DNA of 47,600 nucleotides, taken from Nitratireductor sp. GTDB taxonomy: Bacteria > Pseudomonadota > Alphaproteobacteria > Rhizobiales > Rhizobiaceae. Below, piece by piece: positions 8,424-17,256 of this stretch. The notes beneath the pieces are model-generated. The model was not told the origin of the DNA and did no database searches. It was given only the letters and a program-made list of their open reading frames with translations. Location of the stretch: contig JAGRLM010000088.1 in assembly GCA_020441795.1 (NCBI GenBank), forward strand, positions 930 to 48,529. Reading direction: 5' to 3'. Numbering within the stretch: the stretch's first letter is position 1; every line of letters starts with the position of its first letter. The position numbers and the translations under genes were made by a program.

Positions 8424-9725
8424 TCATGAGGCCGCCGCGTCATGATTTGGCAAAGGGATCTGAATGGTAGCGGTGAAACCTTTCTCCGAACGACCGAAGC
8501 TCAGTGACCCACCGTGTGCGATTGCCACCTGATCCGCAATTGCAAGACCCAAACCAGTGCCGTCCCCTGTCCTTGCGGAATTTCCTCGCGCAAAAGGCCT
8601 CACCAGCGCTTCCGCACTATCTGGGTCCATGCCAAGTCCGCAGTCGACAACCTCCAACAAGAGGTCATTACCGATCAATGTCGCATTTACACGAACCGGC
8701 GGAGCACCATGTACAAGCGCGTTCGCCAGAAGGTTCGCGATGGCACGGACAAATGCATCTTTCTTGACAATCACCTCCTCATCTTGCTGGAGCAATATCT
8801 CCACGCGGTTCGCCGCGTCTGCAAGTTCGACCGATGAGCGAATCAGTTTGCCGACCGAAACACGTTGCAATGGTTCCTCGGCAAATCCGCGCGCGTATTC
8901 GAGAAATTGACCCAACATGCTCTCTATCCGATCGACCTGTTTCTGCGCAGTCCCAAGGAGTTCGGTATCGGCATCATCCAACATGGCCAACGAGAGCCGG
9001 AGCTTCGTCAAAGGGCTTCGCAGATCGTGGCTGACGCCGGCGAGCATGATCGCCTTGTCTGCTTCGGTCTGTTGGATGCGCCGCGTCATTCGATTGAGCG
9101 CGTGCGATAGTGCGGCTATTTCCCGAGGTCCGGATTCGTCCAAGTCAGAAAGGGTTTTCACGCTTTCCATTCGATCGACCTGTTCTTCGAGAGCACTCAA
9201 AGGCAGTGTCACACGACGCTGAACTGCAATACCACCAGCGATAGCCGCCAGCAGGGCGATTGAAGAAACCAACAAAAGGCCGCTTAAAGGATCGCTGATC
9301 CGACGAGTGCGGATTGATATCCACACCGGCGCCTCGTCAATCTTTGTTTGTATCCAGAACCAGCCGCGATCATCCAAACGCCATTCGGTTGCGCCGGCGC
9401 TTTCGTGACGTTGTTTCAATGCTTGCAGGAAGAAGCCGCCAAAGAGACTGGGTCTGACACCGGGCATTTCGGGCGCGGCGCTGGAAACTCTTATGCTCAA
9501 GTTCTCCTGTTCGTCCAGGTTCCGCAAGATCATCAAGCGATCAGCCGGATTCATATGCTCGAAAGACTGGGCCAGCGCATCGACTACATCTGCAGTGATA
9601 TTGGCACCAGTCTCGGCCGCCGGGCGGATTAGCAGAACGCTGATCATCACGAGTGACAAAACAATGGCGGTGACGTTCGTAGCCAACATCACAGCAATGG
9701 TTTGCATCCGGAATGTCTTAATCAT
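8424..9725 (-). CDS. Sensor histidine kinase, EnvZ-like (2 TM, HAMP, HisKA, HATPase)
   Basis: H-box GVSHDLRSPLT and G-boxes VDCGLGMD / GTGLGLAI. ATG 9725 overlaps the end of the regulator gene by 8 nt. Alternative starts are 9743 and 9707. Confidence 0.85.
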   Translation of the reverse strand: MIKTFRMQTIAVMLATNVTAIVLSLVMISVLLIRPAAETGANITADVVDALAQSFEHMNPADRLMILRNLDEQENLSIRVSSAAPEMPGVRPSLFGGFFLQALKQRHESAGATEWRLDDRGWFWIQTKIDEAPVWISIRTRRISDPLSGLLLVSSIALLAAIAGGIAVQRRVTLPLSALEEQVDRMESVKTLSDLDESGPREIAALSHALNRMTRRIQQTEADKAIMLAGVSHDLRSPLTKLRLSLAMLDDADTELLGTAQKQVDRIESMLGQFLEYARGFAEEPLQRVSVGKLIRSSVELADAANRVEILLQQDEEVIVKKDAFVRAIANLLANALVHGAPPVRVNATLIGNDLLLEVVDCGLGMDPDSAEALVRPFARGNSARTGDGTGLGLAIADQVAIAHGGSLSFGRSEKGFTATIQIPLPNHDAAAS

Positions 9726-10425
9726 GCCGGACCGCAAGCACATAGCCCACGCCCCAAACCGTTTTGATCATTTCGGGATTGTTGCCGTTGTCACCTATCG
9801 CCTTTCGTAGACGCGCGATCTGTACGTCAATGGCCCTGTCACTGACATCTGCCTCGCGGCCAAATGCCCTTTCTATGAGCTGTGCACGGCTCAATGGCCG
9901 GCCCCCGCTCTTTGCAAGTGCTGCCAGCAACGCAAACTCACGGCTCGTCAATTTCAACTCCGATCCATCACGCCGGACTGTCATTGAGGACAGATCAATA
10001 TGGACAGATCCGGCGCAAACCGTTTGATTGGAAAGGCTCGGGACATTGGATTGTGTCCTGCGCAGAACGGCGACCAACCGCGCTACCAATTCCCTCGGCT
10101 CGAAAGGTTTGGCGAGGTAGTCGTCGGCGCCAGTCTCAAGTCCGATGATCCTGTCAATCGGATCGCCTCTTGCGGTAAGCATCAAAATCGGTGTCATGTC
10201 GCCTGCCGCCCTTATTCGGCGGCAAATCGCCAACCCGTCCTCGCCCGGGATCATCAGATCCAGAACAACTGCATCAGCCGGGCTTCGTAATAGCTCCCGA
10301 TCGAGGGAGCGACCACTATCCGCCTCTCGCACCTCGAATCCATGCCCGGAGAGGTAACGGCGCAAAAGCGCCCGAAGCTCGGGATCGTCGTCCACAACAA
10401 CGATGCGGTTTGGCCTGTTATTCAT
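9718..10425 (-). CDS. OmpR/PhoB-family response regulator
   Basis: Receiver domain (IVVVDDDPELR, VVLDLMIPGEDG) plus C-terminal winged helix (IKTVWGVGYVL). ATG 10425 gives MNNRPNR. The ORF track adds two residues. Confidence 0.9.
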   Translation of the reverse strand: MNNRPNRIVVVDDDPELRALLRRYLSGHGFEVREADSGRSLDRELLRSPADAVVLDLMIPGEDGLAICRRIRAAGDMTPILMLTARGDPIDRIIGLETGADDYLAKPFEPRELVARLVAVLRRTQSNVPSLSNQTVCAGSVHIDLSSMTVRRDGSELKLTSREFALLAALAKSGGRPLSRAQLIERAFGREADVSDRAIDVQIARLRKAIGDNGNNPEMIKTVWGVGYVLAVRHD

Positions 10426-10616
10426 GCACACATTGCTCGCATGGTTTGCCGACTTCAGCGGAGAAAAATTGTTTCAAACCATTACAATACGATATTTCTG
10501 AAACACGGCGTCATCAATTTGGCTTTTTACGCAACGCGCTGGAAACACTGATCTCTCATGGTTGCTTCTCATGCTGCAGCACGATTCAGCCATTGATTGA
10601 TCTTGAGGAGCATCTG

Positions 10617-10940
10617 ATGTCAAACGCTTTGCCAACCCGCAAAACCATATTGTGCCTTGCCTCGGTACTTGTTGTGATGCTCGCACAGGCTCATCACGCA
10701 AGTGCAGCCGACACCGATCGGGAAAAGGGCGCCGCCAATTTCCAGTTGGCCGACGCTAATGCTGACAATGCACTGAACAAGAGCGAATTTGTCACGTTCA
10801 TTGACTTGAACGCTGCCTCCAATCTTGGTCGCGCCGGGATGATCCAGAAGAACAAGCGGTATGAGACGGCGTTCTCGCGTGTGGACGCGAACGGTGACGG
10901 CGTTGTGACTCCGGACGAACTTGCCGATCTCGGGCTTTGA
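10617..10940 (+). CDS. Secreted two-EF-hand calcium-binding protein (107 aa)
   Basis: SD GAGGAG then ATG 10617. Signal peptide ending AHHASA-AD. Two canonical 12-residue EF loops, DANADNALNKSE and DANGDGVVTPDE. The ORF-track start at 10191 is an upstream extension. Confidence 0.75.
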   Translation: MSNALPTRKTILCLASVLVVMLAQAHHASAADTDREKGAANFQLADANADNALNKSEFVTFIDLNAASNLGRAGMIQKNKRYETAFSRVDANGDGVVTPDELADLGL

Positions 10941-11014
10941 TCGGAAAACGCGCGGCGCCGGCAGCTGTTCACGAGGCCTGCGCCATTCAATGAAGGAGAC
11001 AGGAAGCGGCAGCA

Positions 11015-12268
11015 ATGGCGAAATCAACGAAGCCCGGTATCGGACCACAGGAAGCGGCAACACTTCCTCTGCTCGAAAATGGAAAGGGGTCGGGAACGCG
11101 GTCAGGTCCACATTCTTCCGGTCTCCTGGTCCGCGTTGCGCTGGCGTTCGGACTCATTTTATGCGGCGCGGTCGCCGGTCTGTATTTCCAAGGTCCCTGG
11201 GTCCGCACCTTCTTTGAGATGACCTCCTTGAAACCCGGAGCAGGCGCCCGTCAGCCGATCGCGATTCCTGTCGATAGCAGGCCGTCGCCAGAACGTGTTG
11301 CCCTGATCGAGACCGGAGATGTGCTGGCGTTGGGTGAATTGCGACCGCGTGACGGCATCGTTGTCGTAGGAGCACCTTTCGGTTCCGGCGACGCCCGCGT
11401 CAGGCAACTGCTGGTGTCTGAAGGAGACACAGTGGCGGCCGGTGATTTATTGGCCGTCCTCGACAGCATTACACAATATGAAGCGGCGGTTTCAACGGCG
11501 GAAAACAATGTGAACACAAGCCGGGCAATACTGGCCCAAAAAAAGGTGCTAGCCGCCGCAGCGGAAGGCGAAACCCGAGCCAGCCTCGAAAGCGCTCGCG
11601 CGTCGCTCGCCTTGGCTGATTCGGCTCTTGCACGGGCGAAAAACCTTTTCGAACGCGGCACAATGTCGGAGGTAGCCCTCGACGAGGTGCGGTCTCGCGC
11701 CGATGCTGCGAAAGCCGATGTATCGCGATTGGAGGCATCGCTCACCCGATATCAATCCGGGCCGGATGGTTTGCCTGTTGATGTAAGTGTTGCTTCAGCA
11801 GACTTGGCTTCCGCGGAAGCATCTCTTGAACGTTCGAAACGAGATCTCGATCGTGCCCGAATTCATGCTCCGCGTGACGGGGTCGTCATTGACATTGCGG
11901 TGCGTGAGGGTGAGCGGCTTCCGCAATCCGGGCTCTTGCGTCTGGGTGATATCGGAAGGATGGAAGCGGAGCTCGAAGTATTCCAGACCAATATCCGTCG
12001 CGTTGAAATTGGTCAGCCAGTGTCCATCATTTCAGAGGTGACCGGCGAAATGCCACTCAAGGGCCATGTCGAAAGAATAGGTGCAATCATTGGCCGCCAG
12101 AGCGTCACTGACGACGATCCAGCGGCAAATACGGACGCGCGAGTTGTGCGCGTTGTCGTTTCGCTCGATACGGCTTCCAGCGCGCGTGCCGCGCGGTTCG
12201 CGGGCCTCGAAGTCGTGGCCCGCATTGCTGTGACCGGCATTGATGCGAACGGTGAGGGTTCTCGATGA
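11015..12268 (+). CDS. devB: Membrane-fusion (HlyD-family) protein of a DevB-type ABC exporter
   Basis: N-terminal TM segment, long coiled-coil region, and lipoyl/beta-barrel segments (GDTVAAGDLLAVLD ... IHAPRDGVVIDI). Translationally coupled to DevC/DevA-like genes. Confidence 0.75.
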   Translation: MAKSTKPGIGPQEAATLPLLENGKGSGTRSGPHSSGLLVRVALAFGLILCGAVAGLYFQGPWVRTFFEMTSLKPGAGARQPIAIPVDSRPSPERVALIETGDVLALGELRPRDGIVVVGAPFGSGDARVRQLLVSEGDTVAAGDLLAVLDSITQYEAAVSTAENNVNTSRAILAQKKVLAAAAEGETRASLESARASLALADSALARAKNLFERGTMSEVALDEVRSRADAAKADVSRLEASLTRYQSGPDGLPVDVSVASADLASAEASLERSKRDLDRARIHAPRDGVVIDIAVREGERLPQSGLLRLGDIGRMEAELEVFQTNIRRVEIGQPVSIISEVTGEMPLKGHVERIGAIIGRQSVTDDDPAANTDARVVRVVVSLDTASSARAARFAGLEVVARIAVTGIDANGEGSR

Positions 12269-13443
12269 CGCTCATTCTCACGGCGCTTTTGGGTCGGTTG
12301 CCAATCGGATACCTGCAACTGACGCACAATCCGGGAAGATTGATGGCCGCGCTTGCTGGTGTAGCCTTTGCCAATGTGTTGGTATTTGTACAGCTTGGCC
12401 TTGCCGGCTCAATGCTTGAATCGGTCGCGACGCCTTACAGGCTCTTTCAACCGGGCCTCATGATGATCTCGGCAAGTGGCGCACAGACCCTCTCGGATGC
12501 CTCCAAGATACCCCGCCAATGGATGATCCGGGCTCTGGCGCACCCTGACGTTGAAGGAGGCAAAGAGATCTATCTTGGGCAAGCGAAATGGCTGTCTGGA
12601 CAGCAAACCTCCTCATCGATCCAGTTCATTGCGCTGAATCCGGACGCAGTGGATTTCGTGCGGCACGACCTGTCCACACCGCTTTCCGGCCTGGCCCTTG
12701 AAGACTCTGCCTTGGTAGATCTGCGAACGCGATTTATCGACATGGGGGTGTTCGAAAACACAAGCCCGGATGCAGCGATCACGTTTGAAATGCAGAACCG
12801 TCAGCTTCGGGCAGTTGGATCGGTAACAATAGGCGGCGGGTTTGGCGGTGATGGCGTATTCCTTGTGTCTGACCAAACATTCTTTCGGTTGTTTCCGCAA
12901 AGAAGCTCGGCAGCACCCAATCATATTCTGCTGAAAATTCGACCCGGGGCAAATCACGACAAGGTTGCCGGGGAACTGGCCCAATTGTTCCCAGCTGATA
13001 CCGTACGCGTCCGCCCGATCACGTCAGCCATGGCTGAGGAACAACGCTACCAGATGACTGAGCGGCCGACCGGCCTGATTTTCGCCTTCGGCGTTGGCAT
13101 CGGCCTACTCGTTGGTGTTGTGATCGCCTATCAGGTTCTGGCGACAGATGTTGCTGACCACATCCGTGAATACGCGACTTTCAAGGCAATGGGCTACCGG
13201 ATGAACTTCTTTGTTAGTGTCATTCTGGAAGAAGCACTGATTCTCGCTGCGATCGGATTCTGGCCTGGGCTCGCATTTTCCCAACTTTTCTATATGGCGC
13301 TGGCGCACCTTACCAATATTCCGATCTTCATGACTTCCGAGCGCGCTGTGGCAATCTTTGTCGGGACCGTTGCTGCCTGTGCCCTATCCGGCCTGATGGC
13401 AATTCGCAAGCTCAAGGCCGCTGATCCCGCTGAACTTTTCTAG
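12265..13443 (+). CDS. devC: FtsX/MacB-like permease, DevC-type
   Basis: ATG 12265 overlaps the upstream TGA (ATGA). One N-terminal TM segment, a large periplasmic domain, and a C-terminal FtsX-type three-TM bundle (GLLVGVVIAYQVL...). Confidence 0.75.
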   Translation: MTLILTALLGRLPIGYLQLTHNPGRLMAALAGVAFANVLVFVQLGLAGSMLESVATPYRLFQPGLMMISASGAQTLSDASKIPRQWMIRALAHPDVEGGKEIYLGQAKWLSGQQTSSSIQFIALNPDAVDFVRHDLSTPLSGLALEDSALVDLRTRFIDMGVFENTSPDAAITFEMQNRQLRAVGSVTIGGGFGGDGVFLVSDQTFFRLFPQRSSAAPNHILLKIRPGANHDKVAGELAQLFPADTVRVRPITSAMAEEQRYQMTERPTGLIFAFGVGIGLLVGVVIAYQVLATDVADHIREYATFKAMGYRMNFFVSVILEEALILAAIGFWPGLAFSQLFYMALAHLTNIPIFMTSERAVAIFVGTVAACALSGLMAIRKLKAADPAELF

Positions 13444-13446
13444 GGG

Positions 13447-14154
13447 TTGATGATGGATGATGCGCCGATAATCATAGAAGGCCTCGATCATACTTTCGGT
13501 GAGGGCGAAGCCGGAAAGCAGGTTCTGTTCGGTATCGACCTGCGGGTGGAGCGTGGTTCGCTGACCGTTTTGATGGGGCCGTCAGGATCGGGCAAGACGA
13601 CGCTTCTGACCCTGATGGGCTGCCTTCGTGATGTACAGGCCGGGAGCGCTCGTCTTTTGGGCACGGAGCTCAACGGAGCCGATGAAGAGACGCAAGTCTT
13701 GTTGCGCCGCCGGCTGGGCTTTGTATTCCAGGCACACAACCTGCACGAGAGCCTGAACGCAAGGCAAAATGTTCTGATGGGTCTGCAGGTGCACGGTCGC
13801 GGCGAACCGGGCCGTCATCATCTGGCGGCAAGCCATCTCCTGGAGACGCTGGGGCTGGGCGCCCGTATGGATTATCTTCCGGCCAATCTGTCGGGTGGAC
13901 AGAAGCAGCGTGTAGCCATTGCAAGAGCGCTGGTTTCCAATCCGGAAGTTATCTTTGCGGATGAACCGACCGCCGCTTTGGACAAGACAAGCGGACTTGC
14001 CGCCGTCACGCTGCTGAGGGATCTCGGCAGGCTGCGCGGTACCACCACGGTCATGGTCACCCACGACCCGCGCATTCTCGAACTCGCCGACAGTATCGTC
14101 ACCCTCGAAGATGGAGCGATAGTGCGCAACGAGACGCTCGCGCGTGCCGGATAG
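13447..14154 (+). CDS. devA: ABC exporter ATP-binding protein, DevA-type
   Basis: Walker A GPSGSGKTT, signature LSGGQKQRVAIARAL, Walker B VIFADEPTAALD. The likely start is ATG 13450 or 13453, just after TTG 13447. Confidence 0.85.
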   Translation: MMMDDAPIIIEGLDHTFGEGEAGKQVLFGIDLRVERGSLTVLMGPSGSGKTTLLTLMGCLRDVQAGSARLLGTELNGADEETQVLLRRRLGFVFQAHNLHESLNARQNVLMGLQVHGRGEPGRHHLAASHLLETLGLGARMDYLPANLSGGQKQRVAIARALVSNPEVIFADEPTAALDKTSGLAAVTLLRDLGRLRGTTTVMVTHDPRILELADSIVTLEDGAIVRNETLARAG

Positions 14155-14563
14155 CGCGCCATCACCTCGGTGGTTGGGGCCAGGCTTGCGCGCCGCGAAA
14201 GCGACGGTTTGACCGCAACAACCGTAAACCAACGGTATGAGCGGGTATGGAATTTCGTCGGTCTGGACTTCAGGCTGGGAGCAGACCTTCCACATGACCT
14301 GGCTCCTGGTTCCTGGCCCATACCGCCGGGATGCCTCGAATTTCCGGAATCGATGCGGCGCGTCGGAAACCGGCATTGACAGAGACCTGCACATTTTTGT
14401 CCCGGTGCCCGACATGCCATTTCCGTTTTCTGCTTCCACTCGTTGGCATTGCATCGCAATCAGCAAAAAATTCCTTTCCAATTGTCGAAATCCTCCCAGA
14501 ACGGGTGTCATCCCGTCAGAAGCCGCCGTCCCGGCGCCTTCCTCGACCTGACGGAGACCCCTG

Positions 14564-15007
14564 ATGACTGCCCAATCCTTACCTGCCAGTTGCCTGCCCG
14601 CACCGCGTTGGCTCTTGATGAGCGCGCTTGGCGGCGTGGCCTGGAACCTTTTCGGCGCATTCCAATTCGTCGGAGCTGTTACCGCAACACCTGAAAGCCT
14701 TGTCGCGTCGGGCCTCACTCCCGAGCAGGCTGCCGTAATGACCGGTTATCCTGTTTGGATGACGCTTGCCTTTGCAATCGGTATTGCAGGCGGGCTGGTG
14801 GGTAGTGTTCTTCTATACCTTCGTCGACCTCTCTCGAAAGCAGCGCTTGCCGCCTCGCTCGTAGCCTATGTCGTACTGTGGATCGGTGACGCAATTCATG
14901 GTGTATTCGCAGCAATGGGTGCGCCGCAGGTTGTCATCTTGACCACTGTCGTTGCCATAGCAGCCACGCTTCTCGCACTCAGCTACCACAATGCAGCGCG
15001 TGCTTGA
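14564..15007 (+). CDS. Small integral membrane protein (4 predicted TM), unknown function
   Basis: SD GGAGA lies 7 nt before ATG 14564. Strongly hydrophobic segments. Ends 31 nt before the YCII gene on the same strand. ATG 14618 is an alternative start. Confidence 0.55.
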   Translation: MTAQSLPASCLPAPRWLLMSALGGVAWNLFGAFQFVGAVTATPESLVASGLTPEQAAVMTGYPVWMTLAFAIGIAGGLVGSVLLYLRRPLSKAALAASLVAYVVLWIGDAIHGVFAAMGAPQVVILTTVVAIAATLLALSYHNAARA

Positions 15008-15038
15008 CTGTGTTAATCAAACCTGAAGGAGACATCCA

Positions 15039-15404
15039 ATGCAATTCATGCTGATACTGAACGAGTCACCCGACGACTTCGCTCGTCGTGCCGATCCGGC
15101 CCAGGCTGGAGATTACTGGGGTGGCTGGACCGCCTTCATTGGCGCTATGGCGCAGGCTGGCGTCATCGTAAAGGGCGATGGACTTCAAGGCCCCGCGATG
15201 GCCACAACGTTGCGCATCCGCGACGGCAAGCGGCAGGTCGAAGACGGCCCCTTTGCGGATACCAAGGAACAACTCGGCGGCTATTTCGTAATCGAGGTCG
15301 CTGACCTGGACGCTGCGCTCGATTGGGCGGCGCGTGCACCGTCAGCGCACTCGGCTTCGGTTGAGGTTCGTCCGATCCTGCCGATGCCTACGCCGTCTGC
15401 GTGA
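15039..15404 (+). CDS. YCII-related (DGPF-motif) protein
   Basis: SD AAGGAG. Contains EDGPFADTKEQLGGYFVIEV, the DGPF/YCII hallmark. Confidence 0.85.
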   Translation: MQFMLILNESPDDFARRADPAQAGDYWGGWTAFIGAMAQAGVIVKGDGLQGPAMATTLRIRDGKRQVEDGPFADTKEQLGGYFVIEVADLDAALDWAARAPSAHSASVEVRPILPMPTPSA

Positions 15405-16651
15405 GCACACTTCCCGACACCAGCGATGTGGCCCGGATCGCAGAGGCAGCGGCCCGGGCCAGCTACGGCAAGCTCGTGGCGATCCTCGCGCACCGCACGC
15501 GTGACATTGCTGCGGCCGAGGATGCACTGTCGGATGCACTCGTCTCCGCATTGGCCACCTGGCCGCGGCGCGGGGTACCTGAAAACCCAGAGGCATGGCT
15601 CCTGACTGCCGCACGCAACCTGTTGAAGAACTCCGCGCGAGCCGGTCACGTGCGCCGTGCAGCCGAGCCCGAGATATTGCTGCGAAACCTCCCCGATGAA
15701 GAGGAGAACGGGTTCCCTGACCGCCGCCTTCGGCTGTTGTTCGTCTGTGCGCACCCTGCAATCCACCCGGCTGTACATACGCCTCTCATGCTTCAGTCTG
15801 TCCTGGGGATAGATGCGACGCGCATCGCACATGCCTTTCTCGTGGAACCAGCTGCCATGTCCCAGCGCCTTGTGCGCGCCAAGGCCCGCATCCGCGACGC
15901 AGGACTGAGGTTCGAACTGCCGGGACAAGAGGACCTTGAGGAGCGGCTCGCTGCAGTGCTCGATGCAGTTTACGCCGCCTTCGGTCGCGGCTGGGAAGAC
16001 CTCGATCAGCCCGAGACACCCGACGCCCTGACCGGCGAAGCGATTTGGCTTGCCCGGCTTCTAGTCGCGCTGATGCCCGGCGAGCCAGAGCCCAAGGGCC
16101 TCCTTGCGCTCATGCTTTACTGCTCCGCCCGCCGCCCGGCCCGGCGCGATGCCGCAGGTAACTTCGTGCCACTCGACCAGCAGGATGCCCGGTTATGGAA
16201 TCGCAACATGATCGTCGAGGCCGAGGGACTTCTGACCCAAGCCGCGCAGGCGGGGCGGTTCGGCCGGTTCCAGTGCGAGGCCGCTATCCAATCGGTGCAT
16301 GTCCAACGTCCGATCACGGGGCAGGTGAATTTCGACGCTCTGGTCATTCTCTACAATCTTCTTGTGCAGCATACCGACAACATCGGTGCGCGCATCGGCC
16401 GCGCTGTTGTGTTGGCTGAACGTGGCGGCACCGCTGAGGCGCTTGCCGAGCTCGACGCTTTGAAGTCAGAACGCGTGGCACGGCACCAGCCTTACTGGGT
16501 TGCACGCGCTCGCGTTGCCCTGCTCGCAGACCATTTGGAAGAAGCCGAATCGACGCTAGAGACAGCGCTGTCCCTCACTCAGGACCCGGCACTGCGAGCA
16601 CACCTTCAAGGAATTCATCGGCAAGTCAAGCGGCGCCGAGCCCCAATTTAA
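15401..16651 (+). CDS. ECF-type sigma-70 factor with long C-terminal TPR-like extension (ECF42-like)
   Basis: GTG 15401 overlaps the YCII stop (GTGA). Sigma region 2-like ENPEAWLLTAARNLLKN and region 4-like MSQRLVRAKARIRDAG, followed by ~200 extra C-terminal residues. The DGPF neighbour is the ECF42 signature context. Confidence 0.8.
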   Translation: MSTLPDTSDVARIAEAAARASYGKLVAILAHRTRDIAAAEDALSDALVSALATWPRRGVPENPEAWLLTAARNLLKNSARAGHVRRAAEPEILLRNLPDEEENGFPDRRLRLLFVCAHPAIHPAVHTPLMLQSVLGIDATRIAHAFLVEPAAMSQRLVRAKARIRDAGLRFELPGQEDLEERLAAVLDAVYAAFGRGWEDLDQPETPDALTGEAIWLARLLVALMPGEPEPKGLLALMLYCSARRPARRDAAGNFVPLDQQDARLWNRNMIVEAEGLLTQAAQAGRFGRFQCEAAIQSVHVQRPITGQVNFDALVILYNLLVQHTDNIGARIGRAVVLAERGGTAEALAELDALKSERVARHQPYWVARARVALLADHLEEAESTLETALSLTQDPALRAHLQGIHRQVKRRRAPI

Positions 16652-16861
16652 GGGCACAGCATGGCGGTATCCGAACACAGCATTTGCTGGGCACTTGGCC
16701 AGCATCGAACGACTCAGCGAAGGCGCCAGCAGGTTGTGCCTACAACGAGTGGTTGCTCGCCGACTTGATTGAATCCGGCCCCAAGCATGATCGATACGCT
16801 TACCGTTGTGTCAGAAGACCGTTTCAATCTTCATTTTGGCACAGGATTTGTAGCGTTGCTC

Positions 16862-17136
16862 TGAGACCCAATCTTGGACCGCCAGATTATGGAGTTTTCC
16901 GGCTGTCATCACGGTGACGGGCCGGGTGTGTCACCGGGATTATGCAGTGCAATCGGGAGGTTGTATCCGATCGCCGAATGAGGTCGAACCTCGTTGTAGT
17001 CTCTACCTTTGCCCGGCAGGCGATTGCTTGCAATCGCTGAGAGGGACCAATCCTCCATCTTTTCGCGGGCATCCGCAAGGGTCAGGAACCAGTGGACGTT
17101 CAGACATTCCGCCCGGAACTTGCTGTTCAAGGCGAT
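16862..17136 (-). mobile_element. 3' remnant of an IS3-family element: C-terminal ~75 aa of OrfB transposase plus a possible terminal inverted repeat
   Basis: The minus-strand translation reads LNSKFRAECLNVHWFLTLADAREKMEDW...RDYNEVRPHSAIGYNLPIALHNPG, the conserved C-terminal end of IS3-family DDE transposases. No upstream catalytic core is present. TGAGACCCAATCTTGGACC at 16862 starts with the IS3-type TG terminus; this IR call is speculative. Confidence 0.6.
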
Positions 17137-17256
17137 GTGACGTGAGCTTGAGGCACAGCCCACCCATACTACGGTCCTTCGACAGGACCCGCAGCATGGG
17201 TTACGGCGAAGTTGGTGTATATACATTTCGATAACCGCCATTGCCTTTCGGATGCA

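Noticed and set aside
14483-14530. ECF-promoter-like elements (TGTCGA at 14483, TGTCAT at 14506, CGTC at 14514 and 14527) upstream of the membrane-protein/YCII/sigma unit.
   Set aside because: The spacings (25 nt and 15 nt) do not fit the about 16-17-nt spacing of ECF41/42-type TGTC...CGTC promoters. Without a computed motif scan this is not supportable.
13582-14718. 378-aa minus-strand ORF, the longest ORF in the window that I could not assign.
   Set aside because: It runs antisense to the well-supported DevA ATPase gene. It is Arg/Gly/Gln-rich with no recognisable motif. Long antisense ORFs are expected by chance in GC-rich DNA.
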